From Utricularia gibba (taxonomy: Eukaryota > Plantae > Magnoliophyta): a DNA stretch of 64,000 nucleotides. The translations under genes were made by a program, and so were the position numbers. The DNA is taken from contig NEEC01000002.1 in NCBI GenBank assembly GCA_002189035.1, positions 3,658,001 through 3,722,000 on the forward strand, read 5' to 3'. The notes under the pieces were generated by a model, which saw only the letters and a program-made list of their open reading frames with translations, did not search any database and was not told where the DNA came from. This document shows positions 60,030 through 64,000 of this stretch, piece by piece (position 1 is the stretch's first letter; each line of letters opens with the position of its first letter).

Positions 60030-61867
60030 ATGGAGCTCACGCCTCAATTGCTGTCTACTCCTGATTCCAATTACCCTCTTCCGTACCGTGGGAATGATCC
60101 GGAGTTTCCGATTGCCGCCATGCCCGAGTCTTCCGATGAGTCTCGACGAGTTGAACCCCAGGGCATCCATAATGGCGATGTCGGCGCCGGCGCTTCCTCG
60201 GACGCGGCAATGAGACTTCAGAAGGCGTATCGAGGTTACCGTGCCCGGCGCTTGTTAGCTGACTCCGCCGTCATTGTGGAGGAACTCTGGTACATAGGAT
60301 CTTTCATTTTCCTTCTTCGTCGATGGTCGTTTTATTATTATTATTATTGTTATTCTGTCTGTGGCCTGGCCTGGCCTGATGTGCGAAATTGAAGGTGGCA
60401 GTTGTTGGATTTTGCAAGACTGAATCGCACAACCATATCGTTTTTCAATTTCTTCAAGCCGGAAACAGTTTCCTCGCGATGGAACCGCGTTAGCTTGAAT
60501 GCTTCCAAGGTATTCGATGTTTTTTCTATATCAATTTCCATTCTGATTCCGCACTTCCTGTGAATATTGAAAAGACATGCTATCAGGTTGGTAAAGGTTT
60601 GTGCGAAGATGCCAGGGCGCAGAAGTTGGCTTTTCAACATTGGATTGAGGCAGTGAGTTTCTCCTGCTTGATTAAATATTTTATGTTACTCGTTGACTTT
60701 ATTCCACTTTATTCAGATTGATCCTAGGCACCGATACGGGCACGGCTTGCACTATTATTTCAACGAGTGGTGTAACGCAAGCTCTGGCCAACCATTCTTT
60801 TACTGGTGAGAGCACAAATTTAAAAAGAAGCCGGGTTTGTACTGTTGAGATTTGCTCTCCTAGATTACTTCCTCGGTACCGTCGTTGACTTGTTAAGATG
60901 ATTAGCGGCATGCTGCTTTAATGAGCTCCGATGCAAAACTTTCTGCAGGTTGGATGTGGGAGACGGGAAGGAGGTTGATCTCCGTGAGTGGCCAAGATCA
61001 AAGCTTCGTGAGCAATGCATCAAGTATCTTGGTCCTGTACGTCAAAACACATACCATTCTTTGGTAGATATTCATTTTTCGGTGTCTTTAGATGGTGGTA
61101 ACAACTTCATACTGTGTTCTCTCTTCATGATGGTTGGTTCCTCTTAGATATTGTTTTCCTTTGATCAGAATGAGAGGGAACAATATGAATATGTTGTGAT
61201 TGATGGCAAGCTTACACATAAACTAAGCGGTAGGCTTCTTGATACGAAGCACGAGCCATCAACTGTTTCAAAGTGGATTTTTGTGCTGAGTACATGTAAA
61301 AAGCTCTATGTTGGGAAGGTATGTTCTTGCAACTCTTTGAGCCCCGTTACTTCTGCTTTGATCCTGAAAGACATTTTCATTGACACCAGAAGAAGAAAGG
61401 TTATTTCCATCACTCCAGCTTTTTAGCGGGAGGAGCTACTCTCGCGTCTGGTAGGCTCGATGTGGAGGATGGTGTGGTTAAGGTATGATCAGTTAGATAT
61501 TTGGAACTTCTGTGAGTTTCTCTCCTCACTGCCCAAAGTGTTCTCTAAAAGGATAGCTCTTTATCTTCTTGGGATCCAATTCCCAGTGCATCTCAGGCTA
61601 CAGCGGACACTACAGGCCAACTGAAGAAAGCCTTGATGGTTTTTCATCATTTCTCAAGGAAAATGGAGTTAGCTTGGATGAAGTACAGGTACTGCATACA
61701 TCAAATGCAAGGCAAATGGAGCTAGCGGCGACATCTGTATATTTGAGCCGTGGTCCGAGCTGTCAGTTCGACCTCACAGAATTGGAAGTGCAAAGAACTT
61801 GATTTGATTGAGGAATACCCCTAATTCTCCTTTTTCTAATCAGATTTTCAGACGAAGTGAGGAATAG
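60030..61867 (+). CDS. IQM3: IQ-motif calmodulin-binding protein, IQM family (IQM3-like), 328 aa as spliced
   Basis: Exons 60030-60289, 60395-60509, 60587-60652, 60717-60805, 60949-61036, 61169-61318, 61390-61482, 61587-61688, 61844-61867, all GT-AG and in frame; motifs [71 protein letters not shown]. Confidence 0.9.
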
Positions 61868-62939
61868 GAGAGCAGTGAGAACTGACCTGTTCATTGAACC
61901 TGTTGTTCTGGAGATCCTATGACCAAAAGAAAGTCTTTCTGGTGGACTTGGATGCCCAAGGAGAGGGGAGGCTCCACAATGAAATGATGGTGTAAAATCA
62001 TACCAACAAGCACTTAGGCTTCAACAACCAGGCATCTTTAATTCTTAGCAAGTTTGACCGTCTGGAATTCACTCCCAAAATTTTCCACTGGAAACTGTCA
62101 CATTTTTGTAAACTAGATTTTTGTGACGAAAACTTTGAGACTAAAAAAGGAAAAGGTTGGTGGAGGTGCGGTGGGACTTGGGAGTGGGAGGGGCCACCTT
62201 TATTTTCTTTGATAAATGGTCAAATAAAACATTTAAAAATAAGTTTTAAATTGTCATATTCTCAAAATTTTTTAAACAAATAATATTCTTATTATTTAGT
62301 TTAAAAATAAATCATTAATTCGTGAAATATTCAATATTTCACATTTATTTTTTTATTTTTGTATTTCTATATTTAGCTATAATTTTATTAATATTTTTAA
62401 AAATAATGATGAATCCAAAATGATTTATATTTAAATTATATAAAATTTAAAAATTAATAAAATATATACATTGTACTGTTCAATTTAAAAAATATAACGT
62501 AATTATCGAGTAAATTTCATGTAATCATTTAAATATGTTTTAAAATTAAATAAAAAAACACATAAATAATTATCATAAATAATTCTTTCAAATAATTTCA
62601 GATTTTTTAACCAAAAAAAGTTGATTGGGCATTGCTCAATAATATAATTGATGTTAGATATGATAATTGATTTTATATCATTTATATTTGTTATTTTGAA
62701 TAACTCTTTTATGCCTTTTTATATATCTTTTATTTCAATTTTTCTATGATTTTTAATGAATCTATATTTTATATCAATTTTATTTTTTTAGAGAGATATT
62801 ATATTTTGAAATTTTTTAAGACGATTACGATGTAAATTAGAGAAATTAGGATTGATTTTGGTAGAAATAAAGATTGAGCTATCGGTACGAAAACTTACTC
62901 AAGGATTTTGGGATAAAAAATATTTGAGTTTTATCTTAA

Positions 62940-63020
62940 AAAATTTGAATCTATCTTCGAAAATTTGAATCGTGTCTTTGAAAATTTGAATCTTATTTTA
63001 ATTTGAATAGAAAATTTGAT
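62940..63020. repeat. Short tandem array of an aaaatttgaatc-containing ~22-bp unit
   Basis: About four degenerate copies. Confidence 0.6.
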
Positions 63021-64000
63021 ACAAACCAATAAAAAAAAACCCAAAAAATCTTCACAATTATATGAGGACACATCAAGTTATTGAGAGTTCCAGAGTCTCT
63101 CAGTTAGTTTATAAATCTAGAATTGAGTCCAACATCTATTTTTCGTTTCTTTTGGTTTTTCAATAGTTTTCTTATGTTAGAGTAGAGCATGTGCATGTAG
63201 GGGGCTTGTAGTTGAGGATTTGTGATGAAGTTTTGCTTGTACAAGTTTTTTTTTACTAACATGCTCTTTAGTAACACAAAATGTTAAGTGAATATGAGAG
63301 ATTCTAGGATTGGTCTCAATTATCTAAAGATAAGAGTTCAATTGGGTATTATTAGTGAGACACATTTGACCTAATCCATCTATGAGGGTGCGAGGTGTAG
63401 GAGTTATGATCAAATGCGAGAAAAACATTGATTATCACAACAGGAAAAATAACTTTGGTATTATGATTGAGTCTATAATCTTATTAAATAAGAAACAATG
63501 TTATAACATTTATCAAATAGTACTATTCTAGAATAACAACCTCAAAACTTATTTAAGCGAATCAGTACTCAAGGTTTATACACATACATATAAGTGAATT
63601 TTAGTAAGGTGGGGCTTAAATTCAAAGAAACTTTTCACATTGTTTCTAAAATCAATCCTCTTATGTTTGGCTCTCTTTGAGTTATTGTTTTAAGAAAATC
63701 CAAATAATCAATTCCTTATGAAGATGATATTATTTATTACTTTACAATTTCTATGTACTTGTTGAATTACCATCAAGTTTTTGATGTCATTGCTGAAAAA
63801 TTTTATTCTATTGGATTTTCTTTTGTGATTTTGTTTCTTGTTATTACATATTTTTCTGTTATTTACTAAGTTTTTTCTATTTTGTGCACTTGTCTAAGCG
63901 AATACTCTTGATATGTGTTGCATGCATGGGCATAGGATTTCAACTGAACCTTATTCATTAGACCTGGAAATTGACAGGACTTGCTGGAGAATGAGGTTGG

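Noticed and set aside
1-64000. CRISPR array, rRNA/tRNA genes, organellar or viral insertions
   Set aside because: No repeat-spacer structure or recognisable signature; all RT domains are of LTR-retrotransposon type
63300-64000. Possible TE remnant or start of the next gene
   Set aside because: Too little signal before the window ends

Overview
Repeat-dense plant (probably eudicot) nuclear window. About 57 kb is degenerate, nested transposable-element DNA, followed by one host gene. 1-605 is the 3' end of a Ty1/copia element. About 2.8-28.2 kb is a deleted Athila-type Ty3/gypsy element. It hosts a Copia solo LTR and a 16.9-kb Tat/Retand element (TSD CTCTT). The Tat element in turn hosts two more Copia LTRs and a second Athila element (TSD ATCAT). 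28-58 kb holds MuDR, hAT, MULE and PIF/Harbinger remnants, MITEs and many solo LTRs with intact TSDs. 60030-61867 is a 9-exon IQM3-like calmodulin-binding gene whose C-terminal exon looks eroded, with three CGCG boxes upstream. Best leads: (1) a tandemly duplicated ~95-codon antisense domain (PVPELYQGL) in the Tat 3' region with many synonymous differences between copies; (2) a Pack-MULE carrying spliced exons I cannot identify; (3) a TSD-bounded hAT element carrying two captured coding fragments; (4) the truncated IQM gene. No tRNA, rRNA or CRISPR array was seen. Family names rest on motifs recognised by eye, not on database searches.
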